The notes beneath the pieces were generated by a model. That model was not told where the DNA came from, ran no database searches, and saw nothing but the letters and a program-made list of their open reading frames with translations. This document shows, in pieces, positions 9,824 to 20,639 of a DNA stretch of 64,000 nucleotides. The stretch is from assembly GCA_033764955.1 (NCBI GenBank), contig JANRIL010000028.1:1-64000 (forward strand), in the 5' to 3' direction. The stretch comes from Cyanobacteriota bacterium (lineage in GTDB: Bacteria; Cyanobacteriota; Cyanobacteriia; Thermostichales; Thermostichaceae). A program made the position numbers and the translations under genes. Each line of letters begins with the position of its first letter. The stretch's first letter is position 1.

Positions 9824-10903
9824 CTATGCTCTCGACCCATGCAAAAAGTCACTCAGTTCTCGATAGTGGCAATGGTAAACCTGCTGGGGTTCGGGATATC
9901 CTTTCAGCTCCATCCACTGGCGACGGAAAAACGACTGGGGGATGGTTTTGCCGTGGTAGAGCTTGTGGGTCCAGAGGGCAGAATGGGTATCTTTGCTGAT
10001 GGCAATATCGGCATCCACATGACGGGTGGCACTTTCTAAGCGAAAGGCCATATTCACCGAATCTCCAATCACCGTATATTCCCGCCGATCCCCTTCTCCC
10101 AACTGACCCACCACCGCATAACCTGTGTTGATGCCCGCTCCAATCCGCAGAGGAACCGATAATGGGGATGTCCGGTTAAGCTCCTGGGTCATCTCAAACA
10201 TGGCGCAAATCGTGCGAAAGGCATCCAACACATCCGGGCTGGGATCCGAATTGTCCTTTTCTTCCTCCTCATCGTGGAGCCACACCGCCATGACGGCATC
10301 GCCGATATATTTTTCTACACTGCTGCCATGATGACGGACGATATCTCCGGCGCGGCGAAACCAGTCCCCTAACACCTGGGAGAGTAACTTTTCATCCACC
10401 TGTTGGGCTAACTGGGTAAAACCGCGAATATCCACCACCATCACCGAGATGAGTCGCCGCAAACGCAAGACATTGGTTTTGTCGGTGTTGTTGGAGAAGG
10501 AATCGGGATCGAGGGTATCGGCTTCCATCGTATGATGAAACTCAATCTCCGAAACCCCTAATGTTAACTGATCCCCATCCTGAAGGAGGGTAGGGATGCT
10601 GACCCGCCGCTGATTGACAAAGGAGCCGTTGGTGCTACCCAAATCAATCAGATAGATACTGCTACTATCCAAATATTGCAGAATGGCATGATGACGAGAA
10701 ATGCTCGTGTCTTTCAGGACAATGCTGTTATCCTTGTCCCGCCCCAAAGTCCAGGCTGTGGATCCCGCCAGCACATGCTTTTCCACCGTGCCATTGTCGG
10801 TTTTCAGGAGGATGTAGGGATAAGCAGGCTGAGAGTGTTCAGTCATCGCTGACAGGAAATTAACGTCCGAGGGAGCCATCTGGGAATAGTCTAGATCACT
10901 CAT
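9824..10903 (-). CDS. FHA-domain class III adenylate cyclase
   Basis: FHA motifs LGR, SRHHA, DLGSTNGS; cyclase motifs DIRGFT, KYIGDAVMA, YTVIGDSVNMAFRLES; start uncertain (10846-10975). Confidence 0.9.
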   Translation of the reverse strand: MSDLDYSQMAPSDVNFLSAMTEHSQPAYPYILLKTDNGTVEKHVLAGSTAWTLGRDKDNSIVLKDTSISRHHAILQYLDSSSIYLIDLGSTNGSFVNQRRVSIPTLLQDGDQLTLGVSEIEFHHTMEADTLDPDSFSNNTDKTNVLRLRRLISVMVVDIRGFTQLAQQVDEKLLSQVLGDWFRRAGDIVRHHGSSVEKYIGDAVMAVWLHDEEEEKDNSDPSPDVLDAFRTICAMFEMTQELNRTSPLSVPLRIGAGINTGYAVVGQLGEGDRREYTVIGDSVNMAFRLESATRHVDADIAISKDTHSALWTHKLYHGKTIPQSFFRRQWMELKGYPEPQQVYHCHYRELSDFLHGSRA

Positions 10904-11092
10904 TCCCGAACACCTTGTATTTAGCCAGAAAAGCCAGCATACCAATCTTAAACCGTTGCTTCCGAAAGTGAGCATTCCTTAGCACAACACCTATTTATCC
11001 CCTAACCTAGGGATCCCCTTACCGATTTTGCTTGATGGTCTGGGGGCATATGAGTAGATTGATAAAGATGTTTATCATTCCTAAAGCAAGCG

Positions 11093-11605
11093 ATGAGCAT
11101 TCCCAATCCTAGCGGCGAATGGAATGGCGTAGTTCCTCTGGAGCAGCAACCGCTGCATCAGTATCAGGAGTTATGTGAATCCTTCTTCTTTCAGTGGCCT
11201 CGCCTGTCGAGGGGATCCTACAGCCAAAGGTTGGCGATGGTCTGGGGTGGGGTGGCGGTCTTGGTGGCTCCCCTAGTGGCGGCCAGTTTTTCTCCCATTC
11301 AAGATTTTGCTCACTTTGGCCTCGTGGGGGTAATTGCTGCCAATAGTTTGCTTGCCCTGGGGTTGCTCCATCTGCTTTTGGGCTGGCACTATATCCACCA
11401 ACGCCTCACGAGCCCAGAGATTCTCTACGAAGAAAGTGGTTGGTATGACGCCGCCACTTACACCAAAACTCAGGAGGAATGGCTCCAGCATCGCTTGATT
11501 GGGCAACACCAAGTTGAGCCGATCCTCCGCCGATTAACCACCACTCTCCTGCTGCTGCTGGGGATAACCGCCGTTGCCGTCGGGTTGTGGATGGGGCTGG
11601 CATAA
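11093..11605 (+). CDS. CGLD27/Ycf36 family membrane protein
   Basis: VPLEQQP..QYQEL..SFFFQWP and YEESGWYD motifs, 3 hydrophobic segments. Confidence 0.85.
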   Translation: MSIPNPSGEWNGVVPLEQQPLHQYQELCESFFFQWPRLSRGSYSQRLAMVWGGVAVLVAPLVAASFSPIQDFAHFGLVGVIAANSLLALGLLHLLLGWHYIHQRLTSPEILYEESGWYDAATYTKTQEEWLQHRLIGQHQVEPILRRLTTTLLLLLGITAVAVGLWMGLA

Positions 11606-11618
11606 GGAAAGGTTGTTT

Positions 11619-12590
11619 GTGCATATCACCTCAGACTTAGCTTACGTTCGTCAACCCGCCCGTGTTGCCATCGGCAACTTTGATGGAGTCCATCGAGGCC
11701 ATCAGCAGGTTTTATCGCCCATTTTGCAAGAGATCTCAACGGTAGGGATCCCACAGCAGGGGGTTAAAAGTGTCTTGACCTTCCACCCCCACCCCCAAGA
11801 GATCCTGACAGGAGCGCAACGCGCTCTGCTAACCCCTCTTCCCGAAAAGTTAGAGTATTTGGAACGACTCGGCGTTGAACAGGTGGTGCTGTTGCCCTTT
11901 ACGCCTGAGTTTGCTTGCCTTAATGCCGACGATTTTATGGAAAAGGTTTTGAGGCAGGGGCTGGGAGCTTGTCAAATCAGCGTGGGTTGGGATTTTTCCT
12001 TTGCCTATCAGCGCTCAGGAACGGTTGCCTCTTTAGTAACCTGGGGCAACGCTCAGGGGATTACTATAGCCGTGGTGCCAGAGACCCAGTGGCAAGGGGA
12101 ACGGGTCAGCAGTTCACGGATACGCATTGCCTTGACCCAAGGGGAAGTCCCCCTGGCTAGGGATTTGCTCGGTAGACCCTACCGCTTGGTGGGAGAAGTG
12201 GTAGCTGGAGATCAGCGAGGTCGTCAGTTGGGATTTCCCACCGCCAATCTATGCCTGCCCCCTGAAAAGTTTTTGCCCAGTGATGGGGTCTATGCGGGCT
12301 GGACTCATCTCCCCTCTGCGAGGGATCCCATTCCCTCTGTGATGAATATTGGCGTGCGCCCCACCGTAGACGGTCTGAAGCGGCAGGTGGAGGTACATCT
12401 TTTGCAATGGCAGGGGGACTTGTACGGATTAACGCTGCGGGTGGATCTGCAAAAGTTTCTACGACCGGAACAAAAGTTTGCGTCCCTAGCTGAGCTACAA
12501 GACCAAATTGCCCGTGACAGTCAGAAGGCTTGGCAAGAACTCGCTTCCCCTCTTGCCAGTGGCAAGTCATCAGGCTGGGATAGTCACTAG
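11619..12590 (+). CDS. ribF: Bifunctional riboflavin kinase/FAD synthetase
   Basis: IGNFDGVHRGH, VSSSRIR, GRQLGFPTAN, NIGVRPT; GTG start 11619 inferred. Confidence 0.95.
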   Translation: MHITSDLAYVRQPARVAIGNFDGVHRGHQQVLSPILQEISTVGIPQQGVKSVLTFHPHPQEILTGAQRALLTPLPEKLEYLERLGVEQVVLLPFTPEFACLNADDFMEKVLRQGLGACQISVGWDFSFAYQRSGTVASLVTWGNAQGITIAVVPETQWQGERVSSSRIRIALTQGEVPLARDLLGRPYRLVGEVVAGDQRGRQLGFPTANLCLPPEKFLPSDGVYAGWTHLPSARDPIPSVMNIGVRPTVDGLKRQVEVHLLQWQGDLYGLTLRVDLQKFLRPEQKFASLAELQDQIARDSQKAWQELASPLASGKSSGWDSH

Positions 12591-12615
12591 CCTTGAGGTG
12601 GGATCCCCAAGACAA

Positions 12616-12648
12616 AGCGGCGTTTCAAAATTTGGTAGAAACGCCGCT
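12616..12648. terminator. Hairpin between convergent ribF and katG (possible bidirectional terminator)
   Basis: AGCGGCGTTTC-N11-GAAACGCCGCT perfect 11-bp inverted repeat. Confidence 0.65.
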
Positions 12649-12693
12649 CGAAAACCTCAGAGACCCTTTTCTCCTAAGATTTTTTTCCCAAGA

Positions 12694-15075
<2,382 letters not shown>

Positions 15076-15581
15076 TTATGTAAACAGTGTGAGTGTGTGC
15101 CTATCCGTACTCCCACAACTTAGGGATCCCTTGAGGGGAAAAAACACCAAGCAGCCTATGCCAAAGACCTCGGACGCCTGACAAGCAGCAGTTGAGAGGG
15201 TGTAAATTCTCAATAGTCGGCAACTTAACGAACAAGTATTACAATCTGTTTTACGGTTGGGATCTCCTCAATTTTTTTACAGGTTATGTCTAATAAATAT
15301 CAATCTCTATAAACTCCGAATCAAGCGGAAATCTTTGTAGGGTTATGGCTTGCCGTTCCTACTTTACGGAGACTTCGCTAAGTCTGCCCAGGCCATTAAA
15401 TTGTTGTTCGCCATTGGTTAGGGGGTCCACAATTGGCGGAAATAGCCCACTTTTCGGTTCACATATCCAACCAGTCTATCCCCACTCCCTAGGTTCTGGA
15501 AAAGCCCCCTCTAGCCAACAACCCCGATTCCGTGCATGATAGATAGCATCAAGGTTACAGTTCTTAATACTTCTTCTCATA

Positions 15582-16451
15582 ATGATGCGTTTCTTTATAT
15601 CCTTCTGTTCGGTGGGGCGGTCATGGCTGACAGCTATAGCCAACCGCCAGCCATCTCTGGCGGCCAGTTTGGGAATAGTGGCTCTCTGGTTTCTGCTGGG
15701 GGGATCCCCTGCTTTGGCTCAAATCGGTTTGCCTGTGGTTGAGATGGAGTTGCCGCAGCCAGCGGTGCCTGTTTTGGATTTAGCCAACGAGTTAAGTGAG
15801 AGTCAGGAACGGCTGATTGCTGAGCAGTTAACGGATTTAGAAGCGGAAACGGGCTGGAAGCTACGGGTTTTAACCCAGTTCGATCAAACTCCAGGTCGCC
15901 AAGTCAAAGATTACTGGGGTTTGGATCAAAAGAGTGTCTTGATGGTGGCCGATCCACGGGGAGGCAATCTTTTGGCTTTTAATGTGGGAGACGCAGTGCG
16001 GCAAGTTCTACCCCGTACCTTCTGGATTGAATTGCAATCCCGGTTTGGTAACCAGTTTTTTGTGCGAGAAAAAGGTAGCAGTCAGGCCATTCTGGATACC
16101 GTTAAAACGCTGGATTTTTGTTTTCGGCAGGGGGGATGTCGGGTGGTGCCGGGGCTGCCGGATGAGCAGTGGGTTCTCACCCTGGTGACCTCTATCACGG
16201 GGGGGATCATCTTTGGGTTTGCTGGCAAACCTCGCCATAGCGAAGAACTTTTTAACTGGCGCTGGGCACTGATATTTTCACCCCTCTGGTTCATTTTATT
16301 TGGAGCCTTTGGGGTGGCTCCGGTGATTAGCCGGACTGCCGATTGGTTGCCCCTCCTCCGCAATATTTTGGGATTTGCGGGATCCGGCTTGGTGATCTAC
16401 CTAGTTCCTATGCCCAGCCTGTGGACGACGCCTAACTCCTCTGCCCCCTGA
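15582..16451 (+). CDS. TPM-domain membrane protein (thylakoid lumen 15 kDa protein-like)
   Basis: Signal peptide ending [35 protein letters not shown]-terminal TM helices. Confidence 0.8.
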   Translation: MMRFFISFCSVGRSWLTAIANRQPSLAASLGIVALWFLLGGSPALAQIGLPVVEMELPQPAVPVLDLANELSESQERLIAEQLTDLEAETGWKLRVLTQFDQTPGRQVKDYWGLDQKSVLMVADPRGGNLLAFNVGDAVRQVLPRTFWIELQSRFGNQFFVREKGSSQAILDTVKTLDFCFRQGGCRVVPGLPDEQWVLTLVTSITGGIIFGFAGKPRHSEELFNWRWALIFSPLWFILFGAFGVAPVISRTADWLPLLRNILGFAGSGLVIYLVPMPSLWTTPNSSAP

Positions 16452-16525
16452 CTCCCCAGTGTGGGAGGCCAGCGTGGTATGGTGGGACTCGTCTTGCTTG
16501 GCAGACTTACCTTACCCTTGCACCC

Positions 16526-17209
16526 ATGATCACCATTGCCTTGGCAAAAGGATCGTTGCTCGCTGATAGTATTCGCCTATTTCAGAAGGTGGGCATCGAC
16601 TTTAGTCGATTTTTAGATCCCCAAAATCGTCTGTTGCGGATCCCTTCCCCCACCAGTCCCGATGGGGAAGCCTATGAGGGTCTGTTGGTGCGTACCCATG
16701 ATGTGCCGGTCTATGTGGGGTATGGACAGGCGCAGCTAGGGGTGGTCGGTTATGACGTATTGCGGGAAAAATTTGCCGATAGTCAGCAGGCGACGGTTGC
16801 CCAATTGTTGGATTTGCAATTTGGTTTCTGTCGAATGTCGGTGGCTGTCCAGCAAACCAGCCCCTATCGGAGCGCCCTTGATCTGCCAGCTCATGCGCGG
16901 GTTGCCTCTAAGTTTGTGGGTTGTGCCCGCGAGTTTTTTGATCAACTGGATCTGCCCGTGCAGGTGATCGCTCTCTACGGCTCCGTGGAGCTAGCCCCCC
17001 TCACTGGCATGGCCGAAGCGATTGTCGATCTGGTGGCTAGCGGACGCACCCTTCAGGAAAATGGCCTAGTGGAGCGGGAATGCCTGTTTGAAAGCACCGC
17101 CCGCTTAATTGCCCACCCCGTCAGTTATCGCATTGACAAGGGAAATCTGCGGCAGTTGGTGGAGCAGCTCCGTGAACAGCTAGGGATCCCTCAACCTGTT
17201 CTCGCCTAA
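16526..17209 (+). CDS. hisG: ATP phosphoribosyltransferase (short form)
   Basis: [41 protein letters not shown]. Confidence 0.95.
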   Translation: MITIALAKGSLLADSIRLFQKVGIDFSRFLDPQNRLLRIPSPTSPDGEAYEGLLVRTHDVPVYVGYGQAQLGVVGYDVLREKFADSQQATVAQLLDLQFGFCRMSVAVQQTSPYRSALDLPAHARVASKFVGCAREFFDQLDLPVQVIALYGSVELAPLTGMAEAIVDLVASGRTLQENGLVERECLFESTARLIAHPVSYRIDKGNLRQLVEQLREQLGIPQPVLA

Positions 17210-17443
17210 ACGGTCATTTTCAGGTTAAGAATTGTCAAGAAAACCCTTCCCCTACTCCGATCAAAACTCCTTGATAAAGGCGTTAGGAAGGGATCACAAT
17301 TGCGTAAAATAGTAGCGGCTGATTCACCTTGCCAAGCTGAACTTACCCCCATTTAGAATACTCATCACTTTCCAGATTTTGGCGTTGGATCCCTTTCCAT
17401 GCACCATGCGAGTTGTTAACAAGCTACTTTTTTGAGGTTAGTC

Positions 17444-18253
17444 ATGCGGTATCGCCCATTCCTTGCTGTTTTTGTATCGGTGATTGTCACACTCTTTGCG
17501 GTTTGTGGCAGTGCCTCCGCTGCCAGCAAAACTCCTTTGACCTATGATCAAATCCGTAACACGGGCAAGGCAGCCATTTGCCCCACCGTCGGGGATGATG
17601 CTCGGGGCAAAATCGAAGTGCCCCTTGGCAAAACGGTCAAATTGACTGACATCTGCCTCCAGCCAGTCCGAATTGAGGTGGAAGAAGAAAAGCGTAACGG
17701 CGAGAAAGAATTTATTCAGGCCAAGTCTATTCTCCTGCCCGCCGCCTCTCTCGGACCAATCAAAGCAGAAGTGTCCGCCCAAGACAGCACGACTCTTTCC
17801 CTGAGGGTGACGGATGGGATGACCACTCAACCCACCACCGGGCAGATGCCGCGCCGCGAGTTGGTGCCCTTCCTGTTTAGTGTGAAGAACTTGCAGGCGG
17901 TGGCCAAAGGCTCGGATGCTTCCATCAATTCCTCGACTGACTTTGAGGGCAATTTCCTGGTGCCGGGTTACCATACCAGCCAATTTTTGGATCCCCGTGG
18001 ACGCGGCTCAGGCACGGGCTATGAAGTGGCAGTTGGCTTGCAAGGAACTGAGTCGGATGCTTTTGAAACCAACCAGAAAGTGGATGAGATTTCGGAAGGA
18101 CACCTCTCCCTACGGATTGCTCGTGTCGATGGCTCCACCGGAGAACTGGCGGGATCCTTTGTTAGCCTACAACCCTCTAGCACCGAGCAGGGCGCTCTAG
18201 AATCCAAATTAGTGCGTGTCCAGGGCCTGTTCTACGGGCGGGTTGATAGCTAG
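17444..18253 (+). CDS. psbO: Photosystem II manganese-stabilizing protein
   Basis: Signal peptide, LTYDQI..TG.A..CP, C-L-Q-P, VPFLFSVKNL, FLDPRGRG..TGY, TGELAG.F.S.QPS. Confidence 0.92.
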   Translation: MRYRPFLAVFVSVIVTLFAVCGSASAASKTPLTYDQIRNTGKAAICPTVGDDARGKIEVPLGKTVKLTDICLQPVRIEVEEEKRNGEKEFIQAKSILLPAASLGPIKAEVSAQDSTTLSLRVTDGMTTQPTTGQMPRRELVPFLFSVKNLQAVAKGSDASINSSTDFEGNFLVPGYHTSQFLDPRGRGSGTGYEVAVGLQGTESDAFETNQKVDEISEGHLSLRIARVDGSTGELAGSFVSLQPSSTEQGALESKLVRVQGLFYGRVDS

Positions 18254-18366
18254 CTAATGGTAGGGACTTGTTTGCGCCCTATTTGCCTGAGGGTTGGTCA
18301 GGAATGGTGAGTCTTCTCGGCCACGGTTGCGGTGAACTTCCTTAGCTAGTTCTCAATCCTGCTGCA

Positions 18367-18395
18367 TTGACGGACTAGGCATCTTGGCGTAGGCT
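18367..18395 (+). promoter_or_regulatory. Sigma70-type promoter for the leader/DAHP synthase transcript
   Basis: TTGACG-N17-TAGGCT. Confidence 0.55.
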
Positions 18396-18485
18396 ACGAA
18401 TATAAGCTCGATTGAGTCTTTTCCGATCAGCCCTCATCACTCGGTTTCCCTAAAACTTGATCCTAATCTGCTCGAATTTCCCCGT

Positions 18486-18572
18486 ATGACCTTCCATTCT
18501 TACTTTTTTGGCTACTTTACCAGCCCCTGGCATGAGTCAGGGCGAACGGGTACTGAGCAGATAAAAGTCTGA
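18486..18572 (+). CDS. Putative aromatic-amino-acid attenuator leader peptide (MTFHSYFFGYFTSPWHESGRTGTEQIKV)
   Basis: 28-codon ORF with 4 Phe, 2 Tyr and 1 Trp in the first 15 codons, upstream of a terminator and the DAHP synthase gene. Confidence 0.75.
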   Translation: MTFHSYFFGYFTSPWHESGRTGTEQIKV

Positions 18573-18596
18573 ATATGCTTTATCGAATCAAACCCT

Positions 18597-18628
18597 AGCC
18601 CTGAGCCAACCCTAGCTCAGGGCTTTTT
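18597..18628 (+). terminator. Attenuator terminator hairpin in the DAHP synthase leader
   Basis: AGCCCTGAGC-caacccta-GCTCAGGGCT-TTTT, perfect 10-bp stem ending about 60 nt before the start codon. Confidence 0.85.
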
Positions 18629-18687
18629 AATGGTTGTTCCGGTTCCCTTCTGCTTTTCCCTTCGCATTCTAAGGATCTCTGACTGTC

Positions 18688-19758
18688 ATGGTTGTCAATA
18701 CTGAAAATTGCCATATTTTGGAGGCGGTTCCTTTGGTTTCTCCAAATGCTATTAAGGCCAAATTGCCCCTGACCGAGCCAGTGGTGCGGGTAGTGCTGCA
18801 AACCCGTGAGGCCATCCGCGATATTATCCATGGCCGGGATCCCCATCGGTTAGTGGTGATTGTGGGGCCTTGCTCCATTCATGACCCCAGCGCCGCCTAT
18901 GACTATGCCCACCGCCTCAAGCAGGTGGCGGAGGCGACGGCAGAACAACTGGTCATTGTGATGCGTACCTACTTTGAGAAACCCCGCACCACAGTGGGTT
19001 GGAAGGGATTGATTAATGATCCTCACCTAGATGGCAGTTGTGATATCGCTCAAGGATTAGAAATGGCTCGTTCCATTCTGCTCGACATCAATCACTTGGG
19101 ACTGCCCTGTGCGGTGGAAATGCTGGATCCCGTAACTCCCCAATACATGGCGGATCTGGTCAGTTGGGCAGCAATTGGGGCACGCACCATTGAGAGCCAA
19201 ACCCACCGAGAAATGGCCAGCGGTCTGTCCATGCCCGTGGGCTTCAAAAACGGGACGGACGGACGGCTGCAAATTGCCTTGAATGCGATTATTTCCGCTA
19301 GCCACCCCCACAGCTTTTTGGGGATTAACCAAGATGGCATGACGGCTACGGTCAAAACATCGGGCAACCCCGACCGTCATATCGTTTTGCGAGGCGGTGG
19401 CGGTAAGACCAATTATGGAGTCGCAGATGTGGCGGATGCGGCAGCCCTCATGGCAGAACAGGGAATTACCCGTCCGGTGATGGTGGACTGCTCCCACGAC
19501 AATTCCAATAAAGACTATCGGCAGCAGGGATCCGTTTGCCGCGAGGTCTTGCGCCAGTTTGGGGACGGGCAAAAAGCCATCATGGGATTGATGATTGAGA
19601 GTAACCTTAACCCCGGCAAACAATCCTGGTCAGAAGGTTGCCAACTGGATTATGGCGTTTCCATCACTGATGGTTGTATTGGCTGGGCTGAAACGGAAAC
19701 GCTCCTCATGGAGATGGCTCAGATGGTGAAAGGGAAAGATTTCGCTCTACTCCGATAG
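18688..19758 (+). CDS. 3-deoxy-7-phosphoheptulonate (DAHP) synthase, type I-alpha (AroF/G/H-like)
   Basis: GPCSIHD, RTYFEKPRTTVGWKGLINDP, AIGART.ESQTHRE.ASGLS.PVGFKNGTDG, DCSH, YGVSITDGC. Confidence 0.95.
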   Translation: MVVNTENCHILEAVPLVSPNAIKAKLPLTEPVVRVVLQTREAIRDIIHGRDPHRLVVIVGPCSIHDPSAAYDYAHRLKQVAEATAEQLVIVMRTYFEKPRTTVGWKGLINDPHLDGSCDIAQGLEMARSILLDINHLGLPCAVEMLDPVTPQYMADLVSWAAIGARTIESQTHREMASGLSMPVGFKNGTDGRLQIALNAIISASHPHSFLGINQDGMTATVKTSGNPDRHIVLRGGGGKTNYGVADVADAAALMAEQGITRPVMVDCSHDNSNKDYRQQGSVCREVLRQFGDGQKAIMGLMIESNLNPGKQSWSEGCQLDYGVSITDGCIGWAETETLLMEMAQMVKGKDFALLR

Positions 19759-19908
19759 GGCGGGATCCCCTGGAATCTGTTGGAATCTGTTCTGAAATCA
19801 TTCTGCCAAATCCGAAGTATTGTGCCGACCCCTGGAGGATATCCCAGGGGTTTTTGGCGGTGGGTTGGGGATCAAACCCCTGTGGGGCATGACCATCTTG
19901 GGCAAATT

Positions 19909-20595
19909 TCAACGCTGATGGGAATCCAGTTGCCCACTCAGCCAATCCACAATATCCCGTAGGCTCTCGTTAGAAACATGGTGACCCATGTCGTATTCGC
20001 GGTAGGTCAGGTCAACAGCAAAGGTTTGCAGTTGCTCCCGCATCTGCCGCCCCATGTCAATCGGCAAAACCGGATCCTGCCGTCCATGCACCACCAACAC
20101 TGGCATCCCTGTCAGAGAAGGGGTGAGAAGGGGGGCTGGTTCTGGGGGGAGAGTCTCATGGGGAAACCGCCCACTCATCACCACGACACCCGCTAGACGG
20201 TGAGGAGTCGTGAATAAGACACTCAAACTCATCATCCCCCCTTGGCTAAATCCCATTAGATAGAGTTGTTGGGGATCCACCGGATAATGCACCACCACCT
20301 CTGCCAAGAATTGGTGCAGCTGCCCCAAGCTAGCCTGAGCTTGTTGTGGGTTGCCCACAATCCCTTGGGGGGTAAATTCAATCTCAAACCAGCCATAGGC
20401 ATGGGATCCCAGGCTGATGGGGGCACGGGCACTGATCAGAAAAAAACGAGGATCCAGGTAGGGGGCAAGACCCAATAGATCCTCCTCATGGCTACCCACC
20501 CCATGCAGCAGCACCAGGCAAGGGGATCCCTGATCGGTGGGGGTGACCTGAGGGGGACGAATGCGGTGAACCAGAGAAAAGGGATGTTCAGCCAT
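19909..20595 (-). CDS. Phospholipase/carboxylesterase (alpha/beta hydrolase)
   Basis: LLHGVG, GFSQGG nucleophile elbow, HGRQD, MGHH. Confidence 0.9.
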   Translation of the reverse strand: MAEHPFSLVHRIRPPQVTPTDQGSPCLVLLHGVGSHEEDLLGLAPYLDPRFFLISARAPISLGSHAYGWFEIEFTPQGIVGNPQQAQASLGQLHQFLAEVVVHYPVDPQQLYLMGFSQGGMMSLSVLFTTPHRLAGVVVMSGRFPHETLPPEPAPLLTPSLTGMPVLVVHGRQDPVLPIDMGRQMREQLQTFAVDLTYREYDMGHHVSNESLRDIVDWLSGQLDSHQR

Positions 20596-20639
20596 ACCTT
20601 GTCAACATGAAGGGAGCCAAAACGAAGGCAGCGAAAAAA

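Noticed and set aside
17444..18253. PsbO as an atypical second paralogue
   Set aside because: Divergent, but the Cys pair and FLDP.GRG motif are retained; cannot be distinguished from lineage divergence without the rest of the genome
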